Source: Octopus vulgaris (taxonomy: Eukaryota). From it: a DNA stretch of 64,000 nucleotides. Location of the stretch: positions 99,448,001-99,512,000 of the forward strand of contig OX597823.1 of the NCBI GenBank assembly GCA_951406725.2, in the 5' to 3' direction. Position 1 is the first letter of the stretch. Each line of letters begins with the position of its first letter. The notes under the pieces were generated by a model. It did no database searches. It worked only from the letters and a program-made list of their open reading frames with translations, and was not told the DNA's origin. The translations under genes and the position numbers were made by a program. Shown here piece after piece: positions 12,527 to 24,604 of this stretch.

Positions 12527-13400
12527 TAGAATGAATTTGATCTGATAAAATGCTTAGATAGTCTTGACTATTAATTCTGCCATGAAAAGAAACCATCAGG
12601 CAGGCAGATTTCTAAGATATAGCCCCCCCCCCCAGATCATCACAGATCCTCCTCCATGTTTAACAGTTGGAAGAAGGCAGTCTGGGTCAAATGCTTCTTT
12701 TGGCTGTCTCCAAACGTATACTCATATACTCGGTCGGTGGCCGGAAATAGGGTAAAGGATGACTCATCCGAGAAAATAATTCTTCCACTGCTCTAGGGAC
12801 AAATTCTGTAGGATTTTACTCCACTCTAAATGCTTTGCAATGTTTGTTTTTGAAAGTAGTGGGTTTCTGATTGCAGCATTCCCATGAAATCTGGCTTTGT
12901 GCAGCTCCTGGCAAACAGATTTTGTGGAAACTGGGTTCTCAAGGTGGTCATTAAGATTTGCTGTACTTTTGGGAGCTGTACTTTTGTAATCCTTTCTAAC
13001 AATTTGTGTAAGGGTCCGACGGTCCTTATCTGAAAGTTTTGGCTTTCTTCCAGAGTTTTGATTTGATGAGGAGGTTGTCCCCCTTTCTCAAAGGCTGTCA
13101 TTACTTTCAGGAGAGTACTTCTTGATACACCAAACATTTTGGCTATTTTCATTATGCTAGCACCTGCCATACGAGCACCAAAAATTTGACCTCTTTAAAA
13201 GTCCATTAGATCTGTCATTTTAATAAATTTTAATTACCTTTCTCGGATGATATCTGAAAAGAAAGAGCAACTTTAGTAAAACATATTAAGCAACACTAAT
13301 ATTAAATCAAAAAACATAAAAATAAACAAGCTTTTGACAGTTTTATAGATATTTCAAAATTATGTTGCTAGGGGGTTTCCATTATTTTGTCCAACACCTG
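12527..13400 (-). mobile_element. Tc1-like transposon, 3'-truncated and decayed
   Basis: 5' TIR CAGGTGTTGGACAAAATAATGGAAACCCC next to TA. HTH region GASIMKIAKMFGVSRST, then IIFSDESSFTL. It breaks off after GRINSQDYLSILSDQIH. Confidence 0.85.
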
Positions 13401-13753
13401 TATATATATATATATATAGTTGAAATTTACAGAAAAACAAAAGACAAAGACAGGTGTGTGAACAACAAGCATGTGTGTTAGTTTGACACTTGGGAAAGTG
13501 AGACAGTCTTTTATGTTTCAAGCCTCCGCCCTTCAATTTACTTAATCATAGGTATATTATTGTTATTTTAATTTTAATATTTCTATTATATGTAATTTTC
13601 TAGATGGTGTAATTTAATTGTTCGTTTTGAATTGATAAAGGGTGGGTTTTTTTCTAATTTTTATATATATATTATATTTTGTGAAATTTGATTTAGTATT
13701 TCTAAATTGAATTTTTCCTTGTAAGTTAGGAATAATATTCCCTCAAATAATTA

Positions 13754-13804
<51 letters not shown>

Positions 13805-15102
13805 CACACATATTTTTGTATATGTATTCACTCATGAACATACAGAATATATTCGTGTAATTAAGTTATTTATAGATTTAAGTGTACTCTCTACCTAAAT
13901 CTGAGATTTGGAAAAATGAACCACAACATAGTAAAATTGTTCTGATGTTCCTTATATCGAGAAGGCCATTTATCTTCAGAAGATTGGCATTAGCTTTACA
14001 TCTATTTTGGACATCAACAGACAAGAGCTGGAAATAGAACCAGAAGAATGCTTTTGGAGTTGCTTTGTAAATGGAAGTGATAGATTTCTTTAAGCAGCTA
14101 GTCAAACACACAATGTCACTAAATTGGGATGGCGTCGTTACTATTTATAGAATATCGAAATTGAAAATGCAGCTGATATTCTGGGTCGGTGAATGTGGAT
14201 TTGATGGCAGTGGATAATTTTAGGATAGTCTTCAATAAATGTTCCATCAACCAGCATAATATTTGGATATGAAAAATTGGCAAAGCTGGATAGGTGTGTG
14301 TTAAATACGTTGGTTGTTATGTGAATAGGTATGAAGTCTGGTATGTAGGTAGGTGAGTGCTTTATAAGTTGTAGTTACGAGTAATTATTTAATGTATGTT
14401 TGTGTTATCACAGTCAGCAAGAAGTACAAGTACATCATGTTTCATTATTTATCTTCCTTGCTTGTATTGTTTCCTTTATAAATCTTACTGTCATGGTGAT
14501 GCTTCGCTTTGCTGACTGTCAAGTACGTACTCTAAAACTATGTCCGTGCGAGAGTATTATTGACAGAATATTGTGTGTTGTTGCATAATGTTACTCTGCT
14601 TGCTTACATCAGTATATTGACCATTCGATCATTGACAAGGAAAGGACAGCACTGTTGCCATAGAAACATTGCAAATGAAAATATCAGTTTAAGGGAAAGC
14701 TAATGTGTTTGCTGCGAATTAAATTTTGACTGTTTCTTTACGGCAGACATTCACATATTGCACAAATATATGCACATCTGTGTGTGTGTGTGTGTGTGTG
14801 TGTGCGCGTGTGTGTGCATGCGTTATTTTAATATTCAAATTACCATTTTAGGTTATCTCAACCTTTTTTTTCGCTTAATTTGAGAATCATTCAGATAATG
14901 ATTGGCCTCATTACTGATTGAGTCATTTTAAACAAAATTTCTTGGTTTACTACATAAAGTATTCTTGTACCTAATTTATCATTTTCATGCAGAAGGCAAC
15001 CCTGGGTAATCTCACACACAGCCACATAACAATGATACTATTTCAAGTTTTCTTTGCTAATTTTACTTTTCATGGTATTCTTTAGGAGTTTTAATAAAAG
15101 TC

Positions 15103-15248
15103 AGTCGTCGTCATCATCATTGTTATCATTGTTGTCATCACCATCATCATCATCATCATCACCCCCACCACCACCACCACCATCATCATCATCATCTTCT
15201 TCATCACATCATCATCTTCTTCATCATCACCATCATCATCCTCATCAT
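15103..15248. repeat. (CAT)n/(CCA)n trinucleotide microsatellite
   Basis: Directly visible. Confidence 0.95.
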
Positions 15249-15579
15249 TGATAACATCCCTTGTTCAAAAATGTCATAAGCTCAGTGTTTTTCTTCACAT
15301 TGGATAGGAAGTGACAAGCAGCGATGCTTCAGTGCTCATTGTTCAACTGATCTCTGTTCTCATAGGAGACTTATTAATTTGGGTGACAGATGATGGAGCC
15401 CAGGCTCATCAGCCTCCAGAAGTAAGCCATCACTCGGAAGTAACTTTGTAATGCGTACCATACTTTTGCCATTTGTTTAAGGTGCCTTTGTCAAGATGCC
15501 TTCTTGGACCCCCTACTCTTGATCCATCAGAATACCCCCAATGTGATAACTGGAGGGAGAGGGAACTGCACCAGCTCTG

Positions 15580-15728
15580 TTTAATTGGTTGATTTAATTG
15601 GAGCAACATGAAATTAAGTGCCTTGCCCAAGGACACAGCACGCTGCCCAGTTCAGGAATTGAACTTATATCCTTATATCCTTATGAACTTATATCCAAAC
15701 ACCCTAACCACTGAGCCACACACCTTCA
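15580..15728 (-). mobile_element. tRNA-derived SINE fragment (second copy at 30880-31028)
   Basis: aagtgccttgcccaagga..caggaattgaac..ccctaaccactgagccac recurs at 30880-31028, and has A/B-box-like motifs on the minus strand. Confidence 0.7.
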
Positions 15729-16929
15729 TTACATATCTGGCAGGTAAATTAGCTGATGAATGATCAAAGAATGATAGCTTCCCTCCAGGACACATGGGTT
15801 TTGTGCAGCACAGCAAAATTTCTGTTTCTGTGCTTTTTCATCTAATGTCTCTCATTTGCTTAAAGTTGGAATACTCAAGGATTTACAACTCTGATACACG
15901 ATACATATAAGTTATTCACACTTCTAAAAATTAAACACACATGCATGCACACACACACATGCACACATGGACACACACACACACACACACATAATGACTA
16001 TGATATCAGTGATAAAAATGAGGTAACAATGCATTTGTGATTGTAATTATGATGGAGGAAATGATCAATAAGAACCACATGATTTAATTAAAATAATTAT
16101 TGTTGTGGTTTACATGGAAATTCAGCAGGAAGTTAGTAAAGTAAAGATGTGACATATATAAGTGAAATAAACTTCCATTTGTTGGTTTATTTCAATGAAT
16201 CTGATTCCCCTCTGTGGAATCTTTCAGGTACAAAAAAAAATTTGATTCTTGTCAGTTAATGTTTCCCTATTAATGAGACAAGTAATTTATAGATGCATAT
16301 ATATATAAAATATATGTTAATATTCTAAACGATGAATGCAAAGTGAAAATGATTTATAATATATTACTGCTTCTTTTCACCCACACATCTTGGCTCTTTC
16401 TCTTTTATCACTCTGTCTCCTTGGTCATATTGCTCTGCTCCCTCACTTACCTTGTTTCAGTACTGTATCATACTTTAGAACATAACTATAGATTTTTAGC
16501 CAACACTATATCATGACAAAAGTAAACATGTTTATATCTAAACATTATAATAAATGTAAACATGTTTACACTTATCATACTAACAAATGTTTAGATATGT
16601 TCTACAGGACGTTATAGCAATGAAACAAACTGCTGTGAATACACCAAGAATTTAATATTTCCATGTTTGTACATAGATGTCTCAGAATACTGAGTGCATC
16701 CCTCTTCACTCATCCCTCTTATGACTTACCACTATCATACATGCATCAGTCTGTGTGTCTTTCATGCCCCACACTTTGTAAAGGGGTTAGTAAAAAGCAG
16801 TCAAGGGGTTAAGGGATCCCTTTAATTGTGTCATGGATACAGCTACCTCTAGTGCTGTGCCATGAGAAAATGTGTTCTGTACGCTCTGTAAAACATAAAA
16901 TTGAGAAGACAATAAAATTGTTGAGGACA

Positions 16930-17850
16930 TGCCATCTCTCTAGCGTTAATCTCTGAAAAAAGAAAAAAATAAGCACCCAATACATTCTGTAGGCAGGGTC
17001 AGCTATAGGAAAGACATTCACTCATATAAACCAAATCAAAAATAGAATTTATGGGGGAGATGCAATCTTTTGACCCCATCTAGGAAAGCAGCACCTTTGA
17101 ATATATGCTGACTTTGACTGCCTTGACCTATCCAAACTCTATTAGAATGCAAAATGGTTTTCAAACAAAGACAATTATGATGCCACTGCCACCAGTCTTT
17201 ACGCTTGCTGCACAACTGAACTGTGGTTACAGTGTATTTCAGAAGATGATGGAAGGCTTTGGGTATTGGATAGTATGGGCAAAGGTAGAGTACCTCTGGA
17301 GTTAACATTTGATTTGAAGGAGAGAAAGGCGGGAATTTGCTCTGATCTGCTGGAAGCATTTGAAGCCAGTAAAAACAAGTTTATTCCCAATCTGGAAGAT
17401 GGACACATGTCTATGATTCAGAAACAAAGTTTCAGTCCATGGAATGGTGTCATACCTCTTCTCCAAAGCCTGAGAATTTCAAGAGCAAGCAATTGCCATA
17501 AAAAGTCATGTTGACTGTTTTGCGGGATGACAGAGCATCGTTCTTCTTGGTTTTTCTGGAATGTGACAGAGCCATGAAGATACTCATTAAGATGCTCAAA
17601 AAATCTTAAAGAAGCCATGGGAAGGAAAAAACCAAACAATAATCTGAAAGCAACCCACATTCACCATGACAATGCTTGACCACATACACGTTTAATAACA
17701 GATCAGACAGCCAGCAAACTGGACTGGTCAGTGGTCCTCTATTCATCATATGGCTTGGATAATGAATGGCAGTTTTCTAGAACAATGATTTAATTAAACA
17801 GATGAGTTGAAAGTGGCCATGAAGTGAATACAACAGTGCACACTGGATAG
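16930..17850 (+). mobile_element. Decayed mariner transposase remnant
   Basis: Fragments GY..VWAK.RVPLELTFDLKERKAGICSDLL, YDSETKFQSMEWCHTSSPKP, KVMLTV and HHDNA*PH are mariner motifs. Frameshifted; TIRs not located. Confidence 0.8.
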
Positions 17851-18544
17851 TTTTCAAAGAGGAGTTTTTTGCAGCAATTCTCCAATTCTCCAAGACTGCT
17901 GCAAAAAAAGGAAGAAAGAAAGATCTTGGTATTCTTAGCCTGAAGGCTTGTTTCAGTTACAGAAGGTTTGTTTCAGAGTGGACTTTGCTAAAAGTGTTCC
18001 AAGTACCAAGTGATGGTGTTAAATGGATCAAATCTGTCCACTGATAACAAGTGCAGTCTTCACTGTTTCACTCAGAAAACCAAGTTCTATATGGTGGAAT
18101 CAAACTGGTGAAATTTGGTTGTGCAGCAAACATCCTAACCATGCATCACAAACACAATCTATTCATATAAAACTAGTTTGTATAGTTCAACCATTTTATA
18201 TATATTTGGATGGTCTTTAAGTTATTAACAATGGCAGTTTTTAATTAAAAAAAAAGTATATAAGCTACTTAACAGCTCATTAATTTATAGACAGAAGCAA
18301 CATTAATGACTGAACCATCTTTAAGCTAAGTGAACATCAGAGGAAACAGTTTATTTTTTTTGTGTTTTCATTAAGCGTTTGTGTTTATGTTGTCGTTGAA
18401 TGATGGAAACTGTTTGGAAACATTAAATCATAATAATAAGAGTTTCAAATAGCTACATGTTCCAACTTTGATCGAGATGTTTGTAAATTAGTATTTCCTT
18501 TATATGTTTCAACGGCACCCCTTCCTCCTCCTCCTCCTCCTAAC

Positions 18545-18792
18545 CATCACTTCAACGTCTGTTTTTCCATGCTTGCATGGGTCAGAGAAGATTTGTGGTG
18601 GTTGACTTGCTATGGCTGGATGCACTCCTTGTCTGCAATTTTCACTTGTTTCTAAGCAAGGTCATATTTTCCTCCGGTCCAGACATGTTTTCATAGAAGA
18701 CTGCAGACAAACATTGCGTGTGTGACAGCAAAATCTGTTTACAATTAGCACATGATGTCATGACAAGGAACATACACATGCATGCATGCAAG

Positions 18793-18854
<62 letters not shown>

Positions 18855-18961
18855 TGCACATACGCTTTTCAATTTCTGTCTTTGAAGACAATTACCAAAG
18901 GTGCTGCACTTCGGAACTGAACTCAGAACCACATGTTTGCTAAGCCAACTTCTTAACCACA
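18545..18961 (-). mobile_element. tRNA-head SINE with RTE-like 3' tail (tail type B)
   Basis: Reverse complement of the head, (TG)n, middle and RTE-tail layout seen at 19561-20022. Confidence 0.7.
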
Positions 18962-19560
18962 TTTTTATTATGAAACCACCTCTTTACAATCAAAATATAC
19001 CCTACTGAATATTGTCTCTTTGGATTTACTTGTGTCACATTCCTGGTAATGCTTATTAATTCCCCTTCAGCTTTATTTCATTTTGATCTCAGACTCATTA
19101 GCTTTTAGGAATTGTTTAGAATCTTGGGAAATGGAACAATGGTACATAATGACATGTTTCATTGAGGATGATGATGATGAATTGGTGTAGATCTTCCTGT
19201 AATTGCAGTTAGGCCCCTGAGGATAAAAACAGTTGTTGTTCTTCCACAATAAGTATCGTCTAACTCAACCAAATGATTCTTTTTTTTTCTTACACTAAAC
19301 CCAACAACAGTAGCAGCAGCAGAGAACTTATGGATTTCATTCCATTTTTCAAAGCAAGGTTTTATTCGCTAGAAACAGCAAAGATGGATTTTCAGCACTT
19401 TGTATAATTTATGCAGTTGATCTACTTCTTTGCAGAGATGGTCTCAGTGAATCTCTGCAGCAATATTGAAAAACTGGCATCTCTTTCTCCCTCTCTTGCT
19501 ACATATTCTTGATATTAGGAAGGAAAAGTATATCAAGTCATAAAACTTTTACTTTGAATT

Positions 19561-20022
19561 TAGGTGCAACACAGCTGTGTGGTTAAGAAGTTTGCTTCTC
19601 AACCGTGTGGTTTTAGGTTCAGTCCCATAGTACGGCACTTTGGTCAAGTGTCTTCTACCCAAGTTCCAGGCGAATCAAAGCTTTGTGAGTAGATTTGGCA
19701 GGTGGAAACTGAAAGAAGCTTGTTGTGTGTGTGTGTGCACATGTGCACACGTGTGTGTGTGTGTGTGTGTTTGTGCCTCCTTCTCTTGACATTGTGTGAC
19801 AGTCGTAAGTGAGAGTTCCTGTCATACAAGCAGAGTCACTTGTTTCCAATAGAATCTTGCATAAAAACATGTCCATTCACAGAGAAATATTACCTGGTTT
19901 GAAACCAGTGGATGTTGGTGACCATGTGGGACATCTGGACATAGGAAAGAGGCCTTAACAAATTCTATCTGAGCCATGCATGGAAATGAGAACATTAAAA
20001 TGATGTTGATGATGATGACAAC
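19561..20022 (+). mobile_element. tRNA-head SINE with RTE-like 3' tail (tail type B)
   Basis: Head gctgtgtggttaagaag..ggttcagtccc and core as at 10867, then (TG)n, a different middle, and the end catgcatggaaatgagaacattaaaatgatg..gatgatg. Confidence 0.8.
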
Positions 20023-20544
20023 CAATGATACAGGCTTAAGTGGTTAAAGCATCCATTTCTTACATTGATGCAATGCACTCAGGCATGACCAAATGTAAAA
20101 GAAAATAAGGTTTCAGGTTCCGTCCCACCACATTGTATTTTGGCCAAGAGTCTTTTAGCAGAGCTTCAGGTTGAGTCAAGCCTTGTCAGTGGAATTGAAT
20201 GGATTGAGTCTTTTGGAGAGTTCTCCTCCTTGATTAGAACCGTTGCCTCTGTCATTGAGAGAGCCACATCACACAGTGTTTCGTTCTGTTTCTTCCTGAG
20301 AATTATATTAGGAGTACACATATTTCTGGTATACTCAGCGATTTATACACTCATTAAATGCTTTTCCTATTGATTGGTCAGCTGGGAACACTTGTTGAAA
20401 CCATGGCAAAACGTCATTTATTCCATTTTATATTGGATATCGATGACTTTTTGTTTTTTTGTTAGTTATACCATTGTAACTGTTTTTGTTGTCCTTTCCT
20501 TCGGTGAATTCAAAATGTAAAGATCACATAAATATCTCATAAGA

Positions 20545-20656
20545 CCACATGGTCCCATGTTCATTACCACCATGTTGTTCTGTGGGTAAGTGTTTTCATC
20601 TATGCCCTTGGGATAACCGAAGCCTTGTGACTAGATATGGTAGACAGAAACTGAAA
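20545..20656 (+). mobile_element. SINE head/core (its tail probably lies at ~25400-25592)
   Basis: accacatggt..aagccttgtgactagatatggtagacagaaactgaaa matches the SINE core and runs directly into (TA)n. Confidence 0.7.
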
Positions 20657-20682
20657 TATATATATATATATATATATATATA

Positions 20683-23600
20683 TCATCATCATCATCATCA
20701 TCATCATCGTTTAACGTCCGCTTTCCATGCTAGCATGGGTTGGACGGTTCAACTGGGGTCTGGGAAGCCCGAAGGCTGCACCAGGCCAGTCAGATGTGGC
20801 AGTGTTTCTACAGCTGGATGCCCTTCCTAACGCCAACCACTCCGAGAGTGTAGTGGGTGATTTTATGTGCCACCGACACAGGTGCCAGACGAGGCTGGCA
20901 GACGGCCACGCTCGGATGGTGTTTTTTATGTGCCACCGACACAGGTGCCAGACGAGGCTGGCAGACGGCCACGCTCGGATGGTGTTTTCTTATGTGTCAC
21001 CGACACAGGTGCCAGACGAGGCTGGCGGACGGCCACGCTCGGATGGTGTTTGTTACGTGCCCTCAGCACGGAGGCCAGTCATTGCGGTACTGGCTACGGT
21101 CACGTTCGGATGGTTTTCTTATGTGCCACCGGCACTGGTACCACAAGGATACAAATTCCATTGATGTTCATCTATTTTGATTTGGTTCGATTTGATTCGA
21201 TACGATTCGATTCTCACTTGCCTCAACAGGTCTTCACAAGTGTCACAAGAAGGAAGGTATGCACAGGTGGACTGACTACGTCCCAGGTAGGGGCCACGGA
21301 TTATGGCTTCACTAGTCTTGCCGGGTCTTCTCACGCACAGCATACTTCCATAGGTCTCGGTCTCTAGTCATTTCCATGGTGAGACCTAACGTCCGAAGGT
21401 CGTGCTTCACCACCTCGTCCCAGGTTTTCCTGGGTCTACCTCTTCCATGGGTTCCCTCAACTGCTAGGGATTGGCACTTTCTCACACACCTATCTTCATC
21501 CATTCTCGCCACATGACCATACCAGCGCAATCGTCTCTCTTGCACACAACAACTGATGCTTCTTAGGTACAACATTTCTCTCAAGGTACTAACGCTCTGT
21601 CGAGTAAGTACACTGACATTACACATCCATCGGAGCATACTGGCTTCGTTCCTCACGAGCTTACGCATGTCCTCAGCAGTCACGGCCCATGTTTCACTGC
21701 CATGTAGCATAGCTGTTCGTACACATGCATCATACAGTCTGCCTTTTACTCTGAGCGAGAGGCCTTTAGTCACCAGCAGAGGTAAGAGCTCCCTAAACTT
21801 TGCCCAGGCTATTCTTATTCTAGCAGTTACACTTTCAGCGCACCCACCCCCACTACTGACTTGGTCACCTAGATAGCGGAAGCTATCAACTACTTCTAGT
21901 TTTTCCCCCGGAAAGTGACAGAAGTTGTTTTCTGCAGATTTTCGGAGGTCAATGCTCCAGAGCACCTGCCACATACAAAAACTATCTTCCCAGTTAGCCT
22001 ACCTTTGACATTGCTGCACCTCTTATGTGTCCATAGCTTACACTGGGTACATCTTATAGAGTTTCTACCTACACCTTTTCTACAGATCGAGCAGGGCCAT
22101 CTTCCTGAGGATATTTGTGGGTTTTCTACCTTTCTACTTATTAGTACTTTGGTTTTAGCTAGGTTGACTCTAAGGCCCCTCGATTCTAAACCCTCCTTCC
22201 ACACCTGGAACTTCTCCTCCAGTTCTGATAGTGACTCAGCGATTAGAGCAAGGTCGTCAGCATAGAGGAGCTCCCAGGGGCAACCTGTCTTGAATTCCTC
22301 CGTTATTGCCTGGAGGACTATGATAAATAGGAGGGGGCTGAGTACTGAACCCTGGTGGACCCCAACCTCTACTTTGAATTCTTCTGTGTACATGTTGCCA
22401 ACTCTAACCTTACTTACGGCATCTCTGTACATGGCTTGCACAGCCCTCACCAGCCATTCATCTATCCCTAGTTTCCTCATTGACCACCAGATGAGGGATC
22501 GGGGGACCCTATCAAAGGCTTTCTCCATGTCAACGAAAGCCAGGTACAGGGGCTTATCCTTGGCTAGGTATTTCTCCTGCAGCTGCCTTACCAGGAATAT
22601 AGCATCAGTGGTGCTTTTCCCTGGGACAAACCCAAACTGCATCTCATCTAAACTAACTCTCTCTCTAATTAGTTGGGCTATGACCCTCTCCGTAACCTTC
22701 ATTACCTGATCCAACAGCTTGATACCTCTGTAATTATTTGTATCCAGGGCATCACCTTTACCTTTGTAGCAGTTGACTAGTATGCTGCTACACCAGTCAT
22801 TGGGTATGACTCCTTCGTGTATCACCTGGTTGACTATACGGGTGACTAGTATATAGCCGACACTGCCAGATATTTTGAGCATCTCTGCAGTAATTCCTGA
22901 TGGGCCTGGGGCTTTCCCTGTCTTCATGCTTCTAATTGCCTTAGCTACCACGGAACTATCAACTCGGATAGCTGGTCCCTCTGTTGGGTCAACATTTGGC
23001 AGACTCTCTTTATCCCATTCATTTTCTTTATTCAGCAAACTTTCATAGTGGCATCTCCAAACCTCTCTCTTTGCATCCTCATTTAGTGCAAGTGAACCAT
23101 CATCCATGCGAACACACTTCTCTCCTACCACATCACGATTCTCTCTCACACACTGTCTTGCAACACGAAATACCTCAAGTCTTTCATCCTCACGGCTCAG
23201 AACATTGGCAAATTTTTTCTTATCCGCTTCCCCTCTGGCTAAATAAACCTGTCTCCTAGCTTCCCTTTTGGCTGTCTGATACAATTCCCTGCTACCACCG
23301 TTCTTCCAGTCCTTCCAAGCCTGTCTCTTTTGTCTAATAGCCCCGTCAACCACCGTGTTCCACCACCATGTAACTCTGGGTCGAGATGGTACTTTGCTCC
23401 ATCCACAGATCTGGTCAGTGGCTGTCAGCAGATTGTCCCGTAGGAATCTCCAGTTGTCTTCCACATTAAGTGGAGCTATATCCCCTTCTATTTCGTCAGA
23501 GGCTTCGAGTAGTATGTCTCTAAATCTCTGTCCATTTGCAGGATCTTTAAGCTTCCAGACCCTTCTCCTCCAAGCTGGTCTTCTTCTGGGCAACCATTTA

Positions 23601-23866
23601 GCTCTGATCCTGAAGTCGCTAACTACTAATCTATGTTGGGGAGTACATTCTTCGCCTGGGAAGGTTTTGGCATTTATAATCAGCCCTCTTTCCCTTTTTC
23701 TGGCAAGGATGTAGTCAATCTGGCTGGTGTGTCTGCCAGAACGGTAGGTGACTAGGTGAGAGGTGGGTTTCCTGAAGTGGGTATTGCAGACCATAAGGTC
23801 ATTTGCATCGCAGAACTCCAGCAGCCTGGTTCCCTCCTCATTTCGAGAGCCAAAACCGTGGCCTCA
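20683..23866 (-). mobile_element. Young, 5'-truncated RTE-clade non-LTR retrotransposon
   Basis: Contains the APE endonuclease end (GFGSRNEEG, SQIDYIL, QHRLV), an RT (KAPGPSG, QFGF, DMEKAFD, GVHQGSVLSP, YADD) and the C-terminal GRPRKTW. The 3' UTR has tandem ~63-bp units and a (TGA)n tail. (TA)n flanks both sides. Confidence 0.97.
21312..23863 (-). pseudogene. RTE endonuclease/reverse transcriptase ORF, truncated, with one frameshift near 21905
   Basis: ORFs 21896-23794 (632 aa) and 21312-21974 join at VTF.G/EKLEVV if one base is restored. There are no other disruptions. Confidence 0.93.
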
Positions 23867-24016
23867 TATATATATATATAAGTATAATTAGGGTTCAGCT
23901 AATTGCTTCACCACATACTGAATTTAGAAATAGGAGTTAAAATTCCTTTTATTATTGATTAGTTGATTAATTAATTAATTAATTTAGTTAATAAATTTTA
24001 CCCTTCTATTATTAAT

Positions 24017-24077
<61 letters not shown>

Positions 24078-24082
<5 letters not shown>

Positions 24083-24363
24083 AACAAATTAAAAATAATG
24101 GTTGTTATATATAATTTCTTTATTGCAACAAATCCAGCTTACAGCTGTTTCCTGTAGTCATTATAGGTACATTATTGATAGGTTTACTATTGATTGATTG
24201 ATACTATTGATTGATTGATTCAACTTACCTCAATTGATCAATAGACCAATTGAGTAAACCTATCAGTAATGTCCCTATAACGACAACTAGAAACAGGTGT
24301 AAGCCAAATTTGCTTCAATAAAGGAATTATATGTAAGGACCCTAATTTTTAACTTGTTTCTTA
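24078..24363. mobile_element. Fold-back/MITE-like element
   Basis: Arms taagaaacaaattaaaaat..ataggtttact and agtaaacctat..atttttaacttgtttctta are imperfect reverse complements of about 110 bp. Confidence 0.8.
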
Positions 24364-24563
24364 TATATCACTCTGAGTAAAAGCCAGTTTATCTGGAGCC
24401 CATCCACGGATTTACAATACAGAATGGTGATGAACCATAACTTGGAACCTTACCAAAAGATTACTTGGAGTTCTTCACTAATCAAAACAATATTGTTAGC
24501 CTGGTGTGCCAACAGAGAGCTTATGAAGTATTTTGCCCGGATTGATAATCCCTCACTATTTGT

Positions 24564-24604
<41 letters not shown>

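Noticed and set aside
19435-19463. Hairpin containing CAGTGA (iron-responsive element?)
   Set aside because: It lacks the bulged C and the five-base-pair upper stem.
20727-21367. Overlapping 107-166 aa repeat ORFs; possible CRISPR-like array
   Set aside because: These are tandem units in a LINE 3' UTR. There are no unique spacers, no cas genes, and the context is eukaryotic.
21896-21912. Programmed -1 frameshift at GGG AAA AAC
   Set aside because: It is not a proper X XXY YYZ heptamer in the zero frame. A 1-bp homopolymer deletion is the simpler explanation.
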